NCBI GenBank assembly: GCA_036172245.1
Contig: JAYWIR010000034.1
Location: forward strand, 806,001 to 870,000
Length of the DNA stretch: 64,000 bases
Reading direction: 5' to 3'
Origin: Raillietiella orientalis
Lineage: Eukaryota
The translations under genes were made by a program, and so were the position numbers. Below the pieces are notes generated by a model. It was given only the letters and a program-made list of their open reading frames with translations. It was not told the origin of the DNA and searched no databases. Below, piece after piece: positions 35,021-49,458 of this stretch. The stretch's first letter is position 1. The number at the start of each line of letters is the position of its first letter.

Positions 35021-38000
35021 CTAGGTTCCTTCCCCTCATCTGGGAGGGTGGAGCATTCACGAAAAGAAGCAGGATGGGGGCGGGAAAAGGTGGTGCTCCG
35101 CCCCGTACCTTCCCTTAGAGGGGACGGACAGGCCGGGGACACTGAAGGGAGGGAGAGGGGTGACGCCTCGGCGCATGCTGCCGGCAGCATCCCCTTTCCC
35201 ACCGCCCTCTCTTCGCGGGAAGCGGGGAAGCAGAAGGGAGGGTGTCCGGGAAAAGAGAAAGAAAGAGGGGACCTTCCGCTCCTCGAGGAGAGTCCCGCCA
35301 CCAGTGCGCAAGGCCAGCAGAGATGGCCCCACTTGCTTCAGGGATATATCGGGAGGTGATCCACTCACGCAAGTGGCTTCTCTTTCGACACCCCTCCCTC
35401 ACCCTATTGAGAACCCTTCCATGTGGGAGAGAGTCGCGGAGCTCTGCTCTCGTTTCTCCTTCGTCTCCAGAAACGGAAGGGCGCCTCTCCTACCCCCATC
35501 CCTCCCTCGGACGATCCCATCGACCCCGTCCGGAGGCCTCGAAGGTCGAGCAGCTCCCCGCTCCTGCCAGGAGTCCAGGAGAGCCGCTTCCCGAGAGACC
35601 ACGGCGAGTCCATCGAAGGGACTCCCGGACCCTTTCCCCTCCCGGCCTCGGGAGGGGTGTGAAACTCCTGACGAACTTTCCGCAAGAGCCGAATGGCGCA
35701 CCCGGAAGGAGGACCATCTCTCCCTCCAAGGTCCCAGAAGGAGTCGTCCAGACTGCTCGAGGGAGGAGTGAGGGCAGGGAGCCTGGGGCGGGACTTCTCT
35801 TTTCGGAGGGTTCCGGAGGGGACTGGAGAAGGGAACGGGAAAATCCGTGGAAGGAGGAAGCGGCATGTTCTCTCTCTTCCTCTCCCCCCCTCCCCTCCCA
35901 TCCCGCTCTCCCGGAGATCCCTATGACTCTCCATGGACCAGCCCGAAACACGAGACCCTCGTTACCTGGACGGTGCGGGCGCCGAGAACGCCCGTGCGAG
36001 GCCGCGGGAGTGGCCCTTCCCGCCATCACGAATCCCGGAGCAGTGAGGGAGCACTCGGGAGGGCGGCCTCCTTTAATCCCGGCAGGAGGAAGACGTTCCC
36101 GGAACGGGACGCGGGGTGTGCTCTCGGAGGCGCGGCGGCCAATCATCTCTCGGAGAGCCGGCGAGTACCCTTCCCGTCCCGTCGCCGTGGAGACGACGGC
36201 CGGGAGGAGCGCCCTTGTGCAAGGCGGGCGGGCGTCCCTCGATCCGTCCGTCCGGCAGGGAGCGGGGTCCGGGGAAGGAAGACGACTGGGAGGAGGAGGC
36301 ACGGGGTGTGCGAGGGAGGGAGGGAGAAGAAACGGGGAGAGGGGGGGGGGGGAAGGAAGGCGGCGGTAATTTGATTTGGCGGGACGAGTTCCAGACGGTC
36401 CCGGGAGCCGGGAGGCAGGGAGGGAAGCATCGATCAGGACACGCGCATTACTGCTAATTGGATCCCGGAAGGGCAGGAGTTGCCCCGCTCGGAAACCAGC
36501 CGCCCGGCCGGCAGCACGTCCTCCCACCCTCGCCCCACCCCCCCAAGCAACCCGTCCAAGCTCGGGAAAGATTCCCTTGGGCGGCGGGCCCCGCGCTTCT
36601 CGGAAGGCCGCGTGGGAGGGAAGATACTCAGGGGAAGAGTCACAGGGCGGAATCAGTAAAGGGAAGAAGGAGGGAGCGGTCGCCAGGAAGGAGAGGAGGA
36701 GGAGGGAGAGGCTGTGGAGGCGCTCGAGCAGGAGGAAGAGGGGGAGAAGAAGGAAGGCTCCCCGGGATCCTGAAGTTTAGGGGCGGGGGCGGGGCTGACC
36801 TTTCTTAAGGATGGGAAGGGGCGTCTCTGACTCCCCTCCTCTTCTCCTTTCCAATGCAGCGAGGTTCCAACTGACGAGCTCTTCGAAAGAAGCTCTGGAG
36901 GCATTCCAGGAAAGGAGTGTTCCCGTCGGAGCCTCCCAGCAGACTCGGGAAGTCACCTCCGCCCAGCGCATCCCCTCCATCTCTTTTCTCCCTGTCCTTC
37001 TCGGGGGTCTTTGAATAACTTCGCTCTCCTCCACAAGGGAGTGGATCACTTCGGAAGGGGTTCCGAAGAAACTCTGGCTGGAGGAAGGGGAACCTCGGAG
37101 GAGAAGCAGGGCCACTCCAAGGAAGACCAGGAGCCGTCGAGCGATGCCGTCAAATTTTGAATAGCGGGATCCGGAAAGGGGAGTTCTCTCCAGGATCTCT
37201 TCGGCTTCTCTCTGAGTCTGAGGGGAAGTAGGGGCTCCTGAAGTTCCCGAAGGGCCACACCGCCGCAGGTCTCCGGCAGCGTCGGTCTCGAGATTCCGGG
37301 GTTCTCACCTCTCAGCAAGCACGTCCCAGGTGCTGGAGCACCGCAGGGAATCTTGCATGGTGGGTCCGAGATTCGCCCTTAGGATGAGGGGGGGGGTATG
37401 GGTCGGAATGAGCATCCCCTCCCATATCACTTGGCATCGGAAATAATGGGCTCGGAAGGAAGGCGCGTGCACTCCCGGTGCACCCCGAGTACCCCTTGGG
37501 ATCCCCAGGATCCTTCGTTTCCAGGAGAGACACTGCCAGCCAGGAAACGTCTTCACTCCTCGAGGGGAAAGGGATGGAAGGAGTAAGAGAGCACCGAAGT
37601 GGACTCATACGACTCCAGGCAGACTCTGGAGGATGCCATGGTCTTTTCAGGACTTCTGGTTTGTTCAGGGAGCGCGTGCCGCTGGACGAGGTTTCCAAGA
37701 GCAGCGGCGTCTCCTGCGGAGTTGCTGGGAGACGTAGGAACCCGCAGATTTGCGCCGGGCTAAGAGGGCGGAGAAGCCGAGGGAGGAGGAGGAAGGGAAG
37801 GAAGGAGCGGAACGGGGAGGGACATAATCTGCGTGGCGGAAAGGGGAACAGCAACGGCTGGGATGCGAGAGCCTCTCTTCGGACAAGAGTCATCGGGATG
37901 ACTCCGAAAGAGGAGAAGGAAGGTCTCTGTCCCTTCTCTGCCCCTCCTCCGCCCTGAAGTCAGCGAGTTCGCCCCGAGGCTGAGCGGGTCTTGAGCGGCC

Positions 38001-41000
38001 TGCCCGGAGGAGGCCTTCAGCTCGCCCCATCGCTCCGCCCTGACTGCGAACCTCGGCCGGACCTCTCGAAACTCATGTGAGGGTGGCGGCGCCACCCGTT
38101 TTTCTGACAAGCTCACAGGCTCTGCACGCGTCCCGAGCTACGACGTTTTCGGCTTCCTCCTTGGCAAATCCTTACGCCGCCCAGTTGTCAAGGCAACCAA
38201 GACCCGCCTGGTTGACTACTGAAGTCTCTCTGAGGAAGGGAGGGGTAAAGGGACAGGGAGTGGAGGAGGGAGGGAAGAGAATCCTTTCTCAAGATCCTTT
38301 CTCCTCCTCCCTTCCTCCTCCTCCTCTCCAGAAACAGCCGCCGCTTTCAGTTTTCACCTCTCCAGTGGGCTCTCTTCAGGAAGAAGGCGCGGCTTTCTTG
38401 AATTGAGAGGAGAAAAAAGACCGGCTTAGAGGGAGAGGGGTGGTCACGGCTGGATGCTGCCTTGGCAGCGCCCTCTTGCCAGAGGCGCCTCCCTCTGCTC
38501 TACATCCGTTCACCCACTCGACAGAGACGGACGTCCACCGCTGGCCTCCGCAGCTTTCCCGAAGGAAAAGGGGGGCGGCGGTGGAGGGGAGGAAGGGGGA
38601 AACTCGACGCGCTCGGGAAGGTCCCCGCCCTCCAGTCTTTCTGGGGATGCACCCCCTTCCGTGCTTTGGGATCGTTTCCCGCGTGGTTCCGCTTTTACGA
38701 GTCTCTCCTCCCGGGAGCGCCGGCTTCCCCTCCGTCCACGGCATGCGACCGGCACTACCGACGGGCTCTTTGGCTAGGCGGCCGCCCTCCGGCTGCCCTT
38801 TCGCCCTGCCTGCTCCATTTTCGACTCCCGGCACCCAACCTGCTCCACACCCCCATCGGAGGCTGCCACTTCAAGCTACTCCTCCCCGATGTGGGCTTCC
38901 GGAGAAAGGCGGGATCGTCCTCCGTATCCACCTCCCCAGGTCTTCCCCTGCATGCCTGAGTCCTTGTGACACCGTCGACTTTTCAGAGGTGCCTAGAGGC
39001 AGTGGGGAAATTTCACGAACACCCAGTCCTCGATCTCCAAAGGAGACTCTGCCGAAAGGGGAGATGGGTCCTGCGGTGCAAAGAGAAGGGGAGCGAGGAG
39101 GGTTCTCCCTCTTCCTCCCTCCACCTCGCGTCTCCTCACAAGGCGACCGGAACCCCGGGCTTTCCCGTTAATTGGATTTCCTGAGGAAGATTCGGGGGTG
39201 GCGCTGGTCCATCCGCAGGCGCTGCGGCCCGCGGGCTGATTAATTGGTCGCCGCGGAGGGGCTGGCGGCGGCCCCTGCTTGTCGCGCGCGATCCCTGCGG
39301 ATCGAATTAAGGGAGGAAGGAGGAGGAGGGGACGACAGAAACATGAGGCGAGCGCGGACCCCTGGTTCATTGGCAAGCGGTTCCGGCCGGCGGCGCCGGC
39401 AGAGGTGCAGAGCAGGAACAAGATATATGCGAGGAAACGGAGTGGGCACTAGGAAACAGGGAGAGGTCAAGCGGCGACGTAGTCAGGGAAGCTGGCGTAT
39501 GGCGCGCCTCGCCTTCCGCTGGGGGGGGAGGCGTCCAGGGCTCTAAGGGACCCTCTCGGGAGGCGGGTAAAAGAGATGAGGTCCCGCTCCTACTCTTGTC
39601 GCCACCCCCCAAAGCGGCGTCGGCACCAGGGAGGGGCGACCACGGCACAGTCGCCCTCGCGACCTGGTCCGGAACAAAAGATGGGAGGACTCCTGCCCTA
39701 CGCTTGCCGACATCACAGGGAACGAAAAAAGGAGGGACAAGGCCTCTTGACCCGAGGCTCCCAGGAAAGAGGACGCGCTCCCATCCCTTCCTTCCGCGTC
39801 TCCTACCCCTGTCGGAAGGGGAGCGCTCTGTGCCCACACTCCCTCCATGCTCGCCGATGGGAGAGGGGGGAAAAGGAGGAGAGAGAAAAGGAGAGTCCCA
39901 TCGCATCTCTGAATCCTCCTCGAGCCCATTAAAAAGAAAAGGTAAAGGACGCTTTACTTTTTCTTTTCCTCTTTCTCTGCCTCCTGCATCCTGGGCTCCC
40001 CAGCCCTTCCTCCTCCCTCCGCGCGAGAAAGCAGGCTCCGGAAAAAAGGGAGGGAGGGAAGGAGGAAGGGAGGGAGGGAAGAGAGGGAGACAGACCTCGG
40101 GAGGGGAGTCGGTGCGGCGGAGTCGAAATCAACTGCAATTTTTTTTGCCTACTCAGCTGTGGATCCCACGTGGTGATGGTCCAGGTCCAGCTTCCCGCTT
40201 CCTCTCCCGATCCTCGCTGCTTCCTGCCCGCCACGGCCGGATCTGCTGCTTTCGAAGCACTTGAGCGACGTGCTCCTCCCTCCCATTCCTCTCTTCTCTA
40301 TTCCTGCGCGCTGAGGTCGGGAGCCGCGCACGCTTGCGCGGGGAGGGGGGGGGGGCGAGAGGAAGGGGTGGGGAACTCCAGTACGCGGACGGTCCGGACG
40401 GGCAACAGGTCGTCTTCTGGGACTCAGAGGAATGCCTGCCTGCTCGCCTTCCACGTACGGGATTAATGGATCAGAAAAACGGGACACGATGGGAGCGCCT
40501 CTGCCCAGTCTGCGGCAGCGCAGAAAAACAAAGAAGCAAAAAAAGAAAAAGGGACGAAGAACGGGGATTAAAAGGAAGAGATGGGAGAGGGAAGGGAGCG
40601 GAAGAGAGGAGCTGGCGAAGGGTATCCTTGACCCAGATGGACCTCCCCACTAGGAGGAACGGAGATGGCGGCGAAGTCTTGATCTCATCGGGATGGTTTG
40701 CCTCCTCCACGTAGCCCCCTCCCGCTTAGTCTTTCGGTGTACAAGGAGACCTCTTCCCTTGCTCCTTCCTTCCCTTGTCCTCCTGAGACTTTCCTTTGCT
40801 GCTGCTGCTACTGCTGCAAGGTCTCGCCACGGTGGTTCACCCTGTTGCTGCATGCATGGACGGAGACTCGTATTCCATGCCGGAGAAGAGTAGGGGGAGG
40901 AGTCGAAGAAGGCGTAGGGGACGCACCGTCATCTCGCTGATCCCTTCTCCTTCCTCCCCTCGCCGAGTGACATCGTCTGGCATCCGGTCGGCGTGGAGGA

Positions 41001-41100
41001 TGGAAGACTTCCCTCCGTCACCGAGGACGCACGCGAAACTGCGACTCCACTCGTCTCTCGGAGGAAAATGTTTGTTTTTTTTCGTTTTCTTTGTTCTTCT
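35021..41100 (-). promoter_or_regulatory. GC/CpG-rich upstream region of prospero (candidate promoter/enhancer domain)
   Basis: Very GC-rich with abundant CpG, polypurine tracts and isolated TAATTG/TAATCC motifs; no convincing coding ORF. TSS not identifiable. Confidence 0.4.
36850..37700 (-). mobile_element. Degraded non-LTR RT remnant
   Basis: 'NPGISRPTLPETCGGVALRELQEPL' (cf. PxNYRPISLxSxxGKxLERII) in ORF 37046-37318. Confidence 0.3.
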
Positions 41101-43393
41101 CTTTTGCTAAGAACTTCCGGAAGAGAGAATTCGTTCTTTGTCCTAAGTGTCAAAAAGTAGCAGGAGCCCCACTGCAGCGATGATCCTTCTCTCTCGGACG
41201 AAGACTTCCACTTTTCTCTTGACCAACTGAAGGACGGAGTTGCTTCTCATGAGCTGCTGTCAGAGTAGCCATGAACCAGGAAACGAGATGAGGAGTCACT
41301 ATTGCCTTGAGCAATGACAGACACACATCGCCGCTATTATCTTCCTTTATGAAAGAAAAACGATCAATCTCGTCCAATAATTTTTTCCTTTTTAACACAC
41401 AAAAAACAAACACACAAAATAAAACAGGACAGAATTACAATGGACAAAAATGAAAGCGGCTTTCGTAAAAGCTATTGCGTAAGGGTTGCCAGTTGGCTAC
41501 TTGCTGCGACATCTGTGAACATTGTACAGCACCAGTTTTCTCGTTCGCCGAACAACCGTTAGAGTGCAGTGAGAGATTCTATGCTTGAAGAGGTTGCACC
41601 CGAGCATCCCACGAAGTTTCCTGGGAAGATACAGGAATCTTTGCTCCCGCTTCAGAGAGAAGGACTCTCAAGAACATCAGAACTTATTCCCCAAGATCCA
41701 GAAAAACGCCGTCAACGAAGTCGAACAAGAGGAAAGAGAACCCCAATCCATGCTTTGTGTGCTTTTTCTCAGGAAAGACATCGGAAAGCAAAACGGATTG
41801 TTCTCTCCGCTTGACGGTGGCACTAGGAAGTAAACTTAACCCTGAGAACTGCAAACACGATACTCCGTGTGCAAGTCGATACCTCTGCAATAAGACATCA
41901 GTCCAAGAGCTATAAGGGACCAAAAAAACATGCAGTGCATGTGAGAAAGATGGGGGGAGGGGGAGTTGAAACCCAACCGGATTGTAGGAATATCTGGTGA
42001 AGCATGTGAAAAAATTGCGGAGGAAGATGCCTCGTCCCACCAGAAAATTACAAATACTGAAAGAGATGGGAAATTCAGAGAAAAATCAAACTGGTCTCAT
42101 CCTTGTGGAACCTGTCGTCCATCAGAAGATTTCGGCCAGTTCGCAGTGTCAGTGGATCGAGGAACCCAGAAAAGAGTCCAAGAATCATACACGATGGAAA
42201 ATTCACTGCATCCTAGAGATCCATGAGCTGCCCCATTCTACTACTCGTGAATTCAAACGAAACGAAAACACAGCTGTTCAGCAGCCAGGAGACATGACTG
42301 CGAAGAGGTGTGACCCGTCAGAACAGAGTTCGCTTCCATTGTTCTTGACATGCCCACCCTAAAAAACGAAAAAATAAACCAGTCATTGATTCATAGTTCC
42401 CGGAACATTCGTCTATTCCTCACGAGTCTCCTTTGGTCTCGCAGGAAGGTGAAGCGAGGAAGAACTCCTCAGACAGCAGTTCGACTCGAAGATACTCTTT
42501 CTGACCGTGGAACGCCGACATGAAAAGGCGAAGGCTAGTGGCTCCGCTGGCGCCAAGACTTCCGCGTTCGAGTTATGTTTAAGCCCACTCTCGAGTTGAT
42601 CCTGTACCCTACATCAGGGCATTTCGATCCTGAAAGAGGGTGCCAAGAAGAAGAAGAAAAAAAAGGCAGAGCCTCTGACCTCCAAAGAAGTGTGAAATGA
42701 AGTGAAAGTGTGAAATGAAAGCGATCTCCTAAGAAACAGGAAGAAAGGAGCTCCTCACATGAACCGAGAGAAACAGCGTGATACCTACCTTGTTTATGAG
42801 GAAGCAGTTTAGGCGATCCTTCAGGACTTCATCCAGGAGTCTTCGACTACCCAGATGAAGATCCGTATGGGAAGTCGAAGAGTGGCAGCGAGCATTAAGC
42901 ATTCTCTTCAACTCTCCCTGATGAAGATGCAGTACGAATCAAGAGGGTGTGCCCACTGGGCACAAGAAAAGCACTGATGCTGAGGACCTCTCTTATCATG
43001 CTCCCTGACATCAGTACAAGAGACGCCACCATAGGACAACACGCTCCTCAAGGAAGAAACATGAAGATGAACGTATCATCGTGCATCTGCAAGATCCTTC
43101 ACTAAGATAAGGTATGCAGCAGACACAACTACAGGAATACTAAGAACATTACTAACACACTACTTCTAGTACTAGCACGACCGAGTTTCTGATAAAAGTG
43201 GACCCTGGTAAGATCCATTCGGCGATGCATTTCATCCCTTGTAGTTCTCCGAGACCTTATTCAGAACCTCTACAGAAAGCGGAGCCAGAGAAGGATCAAA
43301 AAAAAAAAAAAGAAGCTTGAAAAAGGAATCCAGGTTCTTGTTTCCCAGAAAGGAGGACGTCCTGGTTTCAAAGTTCTAGTATCTCGATCATCA

Positions 43394-44460
43394 CCCGGGT
43401 GCTCCAGGACATTTATTTCAAGAATAAACACATTATGAGAACTGTGATTGGACCAGTGGTCCAACCACGCACAATTTAATGGAGACCTGCTGGGTCACCG
43501 GTTCGAGGACCAGCGCGGTCCACCACGGCAGCAGAGGGGAAGGTACAAACAAAACGAAAAAAAAAAGAAAACAAAAATAAATAGAAATATAATTTGGGGG
43601 GTACGGGAAGGGATCACTGTCTGCTGGTGGCAGTACTGCGCATCCTCTGTAGGATGCCGGTAAGCTCTAGCTGGATATTGCTGTCCAGGTGGGGCTATTA
43701 CGTTGCTATCCTGATGAAAAGGACCGGGAAATAGATAGCATTCCTATTGCTGGTTCCTCCTGGGGCTTTGCTCCAGGCAGCGACGATCCCGCATAGGCAG
43801 CACAGGGCTGCTAGCTTCAGTGTCTCGACAACCAATTGCAGTTAACCAGCCTTCTACGTCCACGATGTCTCTCCTGATTCTCGGCATCCTCAGGAATTCC
43901 ATTTCGATGCATCAGTCGAGTAGATGGACAACTTTATTCTGCCTCTTTTCAAGAATTGTCCCTGGCCTCCTCTCCCTGCTAGAGCAATGAATCTCCTCGA
44001 ATGTACAATTCTTTTTTTTGCCTTTCTCCTTCCCCTGATTGGAATCCTCTTTGGAGGTAGAACACTCCTGAAATAGCATCTGGGAAGACTTTCTTCAGAT
44101 TATGAAACAACTAAACATTACCCTTGTTGGCCTTCAGTGTGTTTGCTATATGTTCTTCCCTCTATTCTCTTCATTGGTGATAAGAAAAAGCCCGATACCT
44201 TTCTCGCTCTTTGGATATGCATCTCGTCCAGATTTCCCTGTGATGGTCGTTTCTTTTACAACCTCCACAGATCTCTGAGGAAGATGTGAATTTCCTGAAA
44301 TTTTGTTTAGGGATGTTCCTGAACGATCCTTCTGCATTCACTGCTTTCCTTGAGGTCGATTTAAGCATACCATCGTGAACAGAGCGTAGCAGACCTCCAC
44401 TAGGTGAATCGCCCTTAGTGTCTGTGATGCTTCTCCAGGATTCCCATCAGATTCTAGCAG
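43394..44460 (-). mobile_element. L1/Tx1-like non-LTR element, internally deleted (family copy C)
   Basis: Knuckle-like CGGCKRNDH (~44245-44270) joined to ORF2 end ALCCLCGIVAAWSK...ELTGILQRMRSTATSRQ* (stop 43614-43616), T-rich tract, hairpins, AATAAA (43412-43417). Confidence 0.72.
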
Positions 44461-47400
44461 CACATAGAAACCAAACAGAAGCATGGATGCATCCGGATGT
44501 ATAACTTAAACACTATATTATGTGATTGCGACCGGTGTCAGTTTTTTAGCATAAGCGAATGATTTTATTTGGGTTTGAAGATCCACATACTTTCCTTCCA
44601 TCAGAGAAACTTCTAAAATTTTTGCTTACCCATCCCTTTATCAAGCTACAATGCACTGTAATTATGTATTGGTAATTGATAGTTTTATATGAGCAAATTA
44701 TTGATGCTGTGTAATACTTGAAGCATAACATCACTAGAAGATTATAAACTTTAGAATGTACTTCTTCAAAAGTTAATTATTGGAACTATCTAGCTAAGAC
44801 ACTGAATTTGAAAAAAAGAAAATTTCATTGGAGAAGAATAAGAACCAAATGCAAATTTCAATTCATTTTAATGAATAGGGGGCTGTCTTTCGAGTCAATT
44901 TTCTAAACAAGCAATCAATCATCTATATCGTAACCTGATTATTTTTGTAGTTCTGTATTTCATTTTAAGAAATGCACCTTTTCTTAGTATGTTTTCCCTT
45001 CATTTTATTTCCATTTTCCTTAAATCCATTTAACAATTTTAATTCTACTCCCAATCCTCTCCTATACTTGATTCTTGATTCTTGTGGAAGACACTAAATG
45101 TCCACAATGTTGGTTCATTCTTTTACACTGTCACCTTATTTGGCGTGAGTTTTGTTTTCTCTGAATTAGATTGCATGAAGTAAAAACAATAATAAATTAA
45201 TTCTCGTTTGTGTTGGGTCCAAGGAATCCATGTTCTTTTTCGTTTCCATTTCACGAAATAATTAAGCTCTTGCTGAGAAATGTACTTATTCTCATATTTT
45301 CCTAGTTTCAAAAGATCAAAGCTTTATTGTTGTTGTTTGTGTTAAATATTTATTGTTTATAAAAGTGTTATTTATTGTTTTATCCTCAGAATCTTGAATT
45401 CGGCGTTGCCTGCGAACCCTCAAAAGCAGCGGGAATTTCGTTTTCTCGGCCTCCACGTAGCGGCAGCATAGCCGATGGTGAGTGCCTGCATGGTCAGTGT
45501 CCCTTATGTGCACAGCAATGGACAGCGTACAGTTCCCCTGGAAATCAAATAAAACTTAATCCAAATTGGAGTATATTTTCCAGTGTGTGCAAAATGATGG
45601 CCATTTGCGACGAATGCAGGGCAGGGCATTATTAGTTTCCTTTTCAAAATTATGTTACATTTACAGTTGTTTAGATGATTCTTAGTTTGTAGTATTTATG
45701 CACAATAACTGCATAATATTATCTGTTTTTCAGCGTTTATTGTATACACGCTACAAATATGCTATTTATATGGTGTGGTACATGAGAAATAGCAAATGAG
45801 TATCCTGCTCCCGAATAATTGAGATCAAGTGGGAACCAAGCAGAAGTTGAACTTGCCTTTTGAGGACGTTGGACCCTGTTTATGTAATTTTCGGCACTGT
45901 TAGTGTAAGGGCATTTATTTCTTCCGCCTAAATGCAAAAAAGATTCCAAAAAACGTTCTAAGGAGAAGTTTTCTCAGAAATTCCAATTGTGTTTTGTTTT
46001 AAATAACCAAGTACGCGAAGCCTAAGCAGATATTTTTGAAATGTCATGTTATATCGAATTATGAAATCAGTTGAATTACATTCTTCATAAAAAGCATCAT
46101 TTATTTTCCATTACTTTGAATCCTCGAATACCAAGCCCTGTTACATGTGAACTAGATTTTGGAATCAAAATAATTTCAAGAATTTATTGTACTGAACTGC
46201 AGTTTACTGTAACATATCTCAGTCATGAGTTTTTTATTGTTTATCTTGAAAACACCCTGATAATAAGTTTTTACAATTACCTAAAAGTCACTCAGTATGA
46301 TGGCTTTGTTTTAAGAAAAGCATCCTCAAAGAAATAGATGAGAAGATTAGGAACCTTGATAACTCAGGAATAATTAAATTAATTTCTACAGAAATGAAAA
46401 TATAGCAGGAAATAAAAAAAACTTGAATTGTCAATCAGATCAGGCAATTAATGTCAGACATCAAGAATTTCATTCTCAAGTTTTTGATCCTTAATACTTA
46501 TGAATGCTGTTTAAAATCTGTAGCTCAAGAGTTCAAACAGGAATGAAGGTGAATAGATGATTTTGCTATGTGATACACCTCATTAAGATCCACTTAAAGA
46601 CCTGAAGAAGACTGTTTCAAGCTTTTATTTGAGTACTTAAATAGACTATTTTATTAAAGATTTTCCATAGTTTGTAATCTTTCCATATGTCTATTTGCTG
46701 GATAATATTAAACAGCACTTATTTTTCATGCTCTTCATTGATTGAATGAAGTTGCCTAATTAATTGAAGTAAATTTGTCTTTACCTTAGCTTCATAATTG
46801 CAAATGTTTGTGCATAGTGCTAAAGCTTCAATCTTGGATACATAAATTTTATTATGGCCTTTGGTTTATGTGGTAAGTTTATGGCCAAATGTATTATCAT
46901 TTTGGAAATTAAAAAGAAAGTGTGATGGATGAATCAAATAGATTTTCACTTGAACAAAATAGTCAAATCGAGGTGACAGTTGCAAAAGGCAAGTATCCTA
47001 TTGAATGAAAATGCTTCGATAGGCCTGTAATCTCTATCTTGTGTGAAACATGCTGTGGAAGTCTGTTTCCAGTTTGAACCAATATCATCAGAAGTATGAC
47101 ATCTGATAAAACTTCTTCAAAGGATATTGCACCCTATTGGTTCATGAACCAGATCCCCGGCACTCAGTAGACAGTTGTTTTCAGAATGATTTGAATTCCC
47201 CTATTATTGTGTGGATCATGTATCGTGAAGCAAAATCAGCATCCTCGCATAGCTGGTGTATCCAAAAAGTGGTGGAAAGAATTCCAAGACTCTGGTCTCG
47301 CATTGCTATTTGGACAAGCTCCCCCAAATGTCAATGGTGGTCATCACTATGCACAGGTTTTGTTTAGATGCAAGAACGATCACCCATAGCAAACTAAGCA

Positions 47401-49458
47401 ACATACTTTAAACATTGAAGTGTCTGAATGCATGGAAGTGAGTTTGTCAAGATGAAGATTATGGAATAATGGAGTTTTGCCTTGCACATCTTTTTTGCTG
47501 TGTTGTGGTCGTCACCATGTGTGACTTTTTTTTTTGGATTTGGGTGACATGATGAACTTGTGGTATGGGGTACCCAGTTGAGGAGGTGAAAACGAGTCTA
47601 GATACCGAGTTCCTCCTCTTTGTCGCACATTCCTTAAATATCTGATCACCCTTCTGTACTTTAGAAATGAAAATGGAAAGAAGCACGGAAAGTATTATTC
47701 AGCTGATCACAGATGCAGCCGTGGATTCCAAGAAAACCAAATGTTCTTCCGATTTGAAAAATATGATAGACAGTACCCCCCAAGGTATACTATAGTGTGC
47801 CACAAATTGCACCCGTTACACAAACTGTATTAATTATTGGTGATTTCAAATAATATTCAAAACTTCTAAAGTAATATTCCGTAGTCTTAATTATCTAAAT
47901 TTCAGTAAAAGTTAAAATTGATCATAAAATATGAAAGCATTTTGTCAGTGTATAAATTTTATTGATCCCGCTTTACGAACACTTGCAAATTTTTTGAAAT
48001 AATGACGATCATTGAAGCATTCATCTCAAATGATGGCTTTAAATACTGTAGAGGTGAAGACCTGTTGGAAAATTATTCCTGGCACACTGCATGGTTGCCA
48101 ACCAAACGAAATCATGCACGGGTTTATGGAATCCTCTTGTGCTTTTTGCATTTTCCTTGCTTTGTATTTTGCTTTAAAAGGACGCTCAGAAGATGATATG
48201 TGTGATCCATCATATTGAGATCGAATGCTTAAACGAAAATGAATGACGTTTTCGTGGATCATCGAGTTATCTTAGTACTCCTTATTAGTTTGGAAATTGG
48301 TTCAAACGAAATAACCGTAATGATTACGTATAACGGATCTCGGAATGAATTCTTCAGATACAAACGACTTTTTGCATATTTGCGTTTTCCATTTGAAGAA
48401 GTGACTGAATTGTTCCCCATGATTTCAGAAAATGCGCTGTGTTATGATCAGGAAAACAAGGAATGTAAAAGTACTCAGAAAGCGTCAAGCAAGTAAGTAA
48501 CTTTTATTCTTCCCATTACCAAATCCCAGGTTGCATTGCTTTTCCTGTGCAATCATAACACTCATCGTTCTGGCCATACCTCAGGGTTGTTCTTGAGAGA
48601 ATCCTTCGTTTGCTTTACTAAGCGATGATCAAAAGATGGCATTTGGTTTCTGTCATACTTTATGTTTTCCTGATTTTTAGCTTTGTGTGCGCATGGCTTC
48701 TCGTGGACAATTAATTCCTGAATAGCCGTCAGCAAATTGGGTGTTCGTAATGTACTCTTGTGTCACAAATGTCCCTTATTCGCACATACTTCTCCGGCTT
48801 CATTTGTTTTGCCGTTAAATATACCTTTTGTATATCTCATGTGAGCTGTTCATCCGTTTGGACTGTTCGTGCCGATCTTTCTAATCATATTTTTAAAGTT
48901 GGCTTCTGTAAGACATTTGCTGAAGACTTCATTCCCTATCAAACTTACTGCATCATTTAAAGTGATTGTTACTCAGCATTTTTTTCCCTACTATAACATG
49001 TAATTTTAATAATAACTATGGCTTATAGTACATCGCAATGTACAGCGGAAATAATGGTTATGGACTCTCTCCACTGCTCGTATGTTCATTGCTTCGTTGC
49101 TTGGAAATGCTAAAGACGCTCAAGATCGATTCCAGCAAATTACTTCTGAATCGCGACCACCCACCTTTTCAGGTTGTTTTTGTTTTCAATATTGCAGTCA
49201 CCAGCATAAGAGTAATCAGCATTTAATTACTGTACGCGGAAAAGAGGTACAAAAAACTGGTACTCCGTCCAAGTGCTCGCCATCCGAGCGCGTTCTTAAT
49301 TCGGTTAGCGAAGAAATCCATGTTTACTCTCATCACTGCTGCCAGGGATACTTGTGTTTTCCTGTCCCTTTATCAGTATTTATTGAGCCTTTCGCGCGTC
49401 CCATTTCGGTTTGCCTAAATTGCATCCTGAGCCGAGCCACTCGTGCCACAAAGTCGGC

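Noticed and set aside
35242..40264. Long overlapping ORFs (e.g. 375, 345, 243, 222 aa) upstream of prospero
   Set aside because: Low-complexity Arg/Gly/Pro translations on both strands, expected from stop-codon depletion at high GC; no domains.
45437..45453. TTCTCGGCCT resembling the U2 snRNA 5' end
   Set aside because: Only about 10 nt match; no branch-pairing GTGTAGTA or Sm site follows.
45476..48530. Scattered plus-strand splice-like signals (ATG|GTGAGT at ~45478, GTAAGT at ~48493) suggesting a gene in the AT-rich block
   Set aside because: I could not assemble a consistent multi-exon ORF or recognise any protein.
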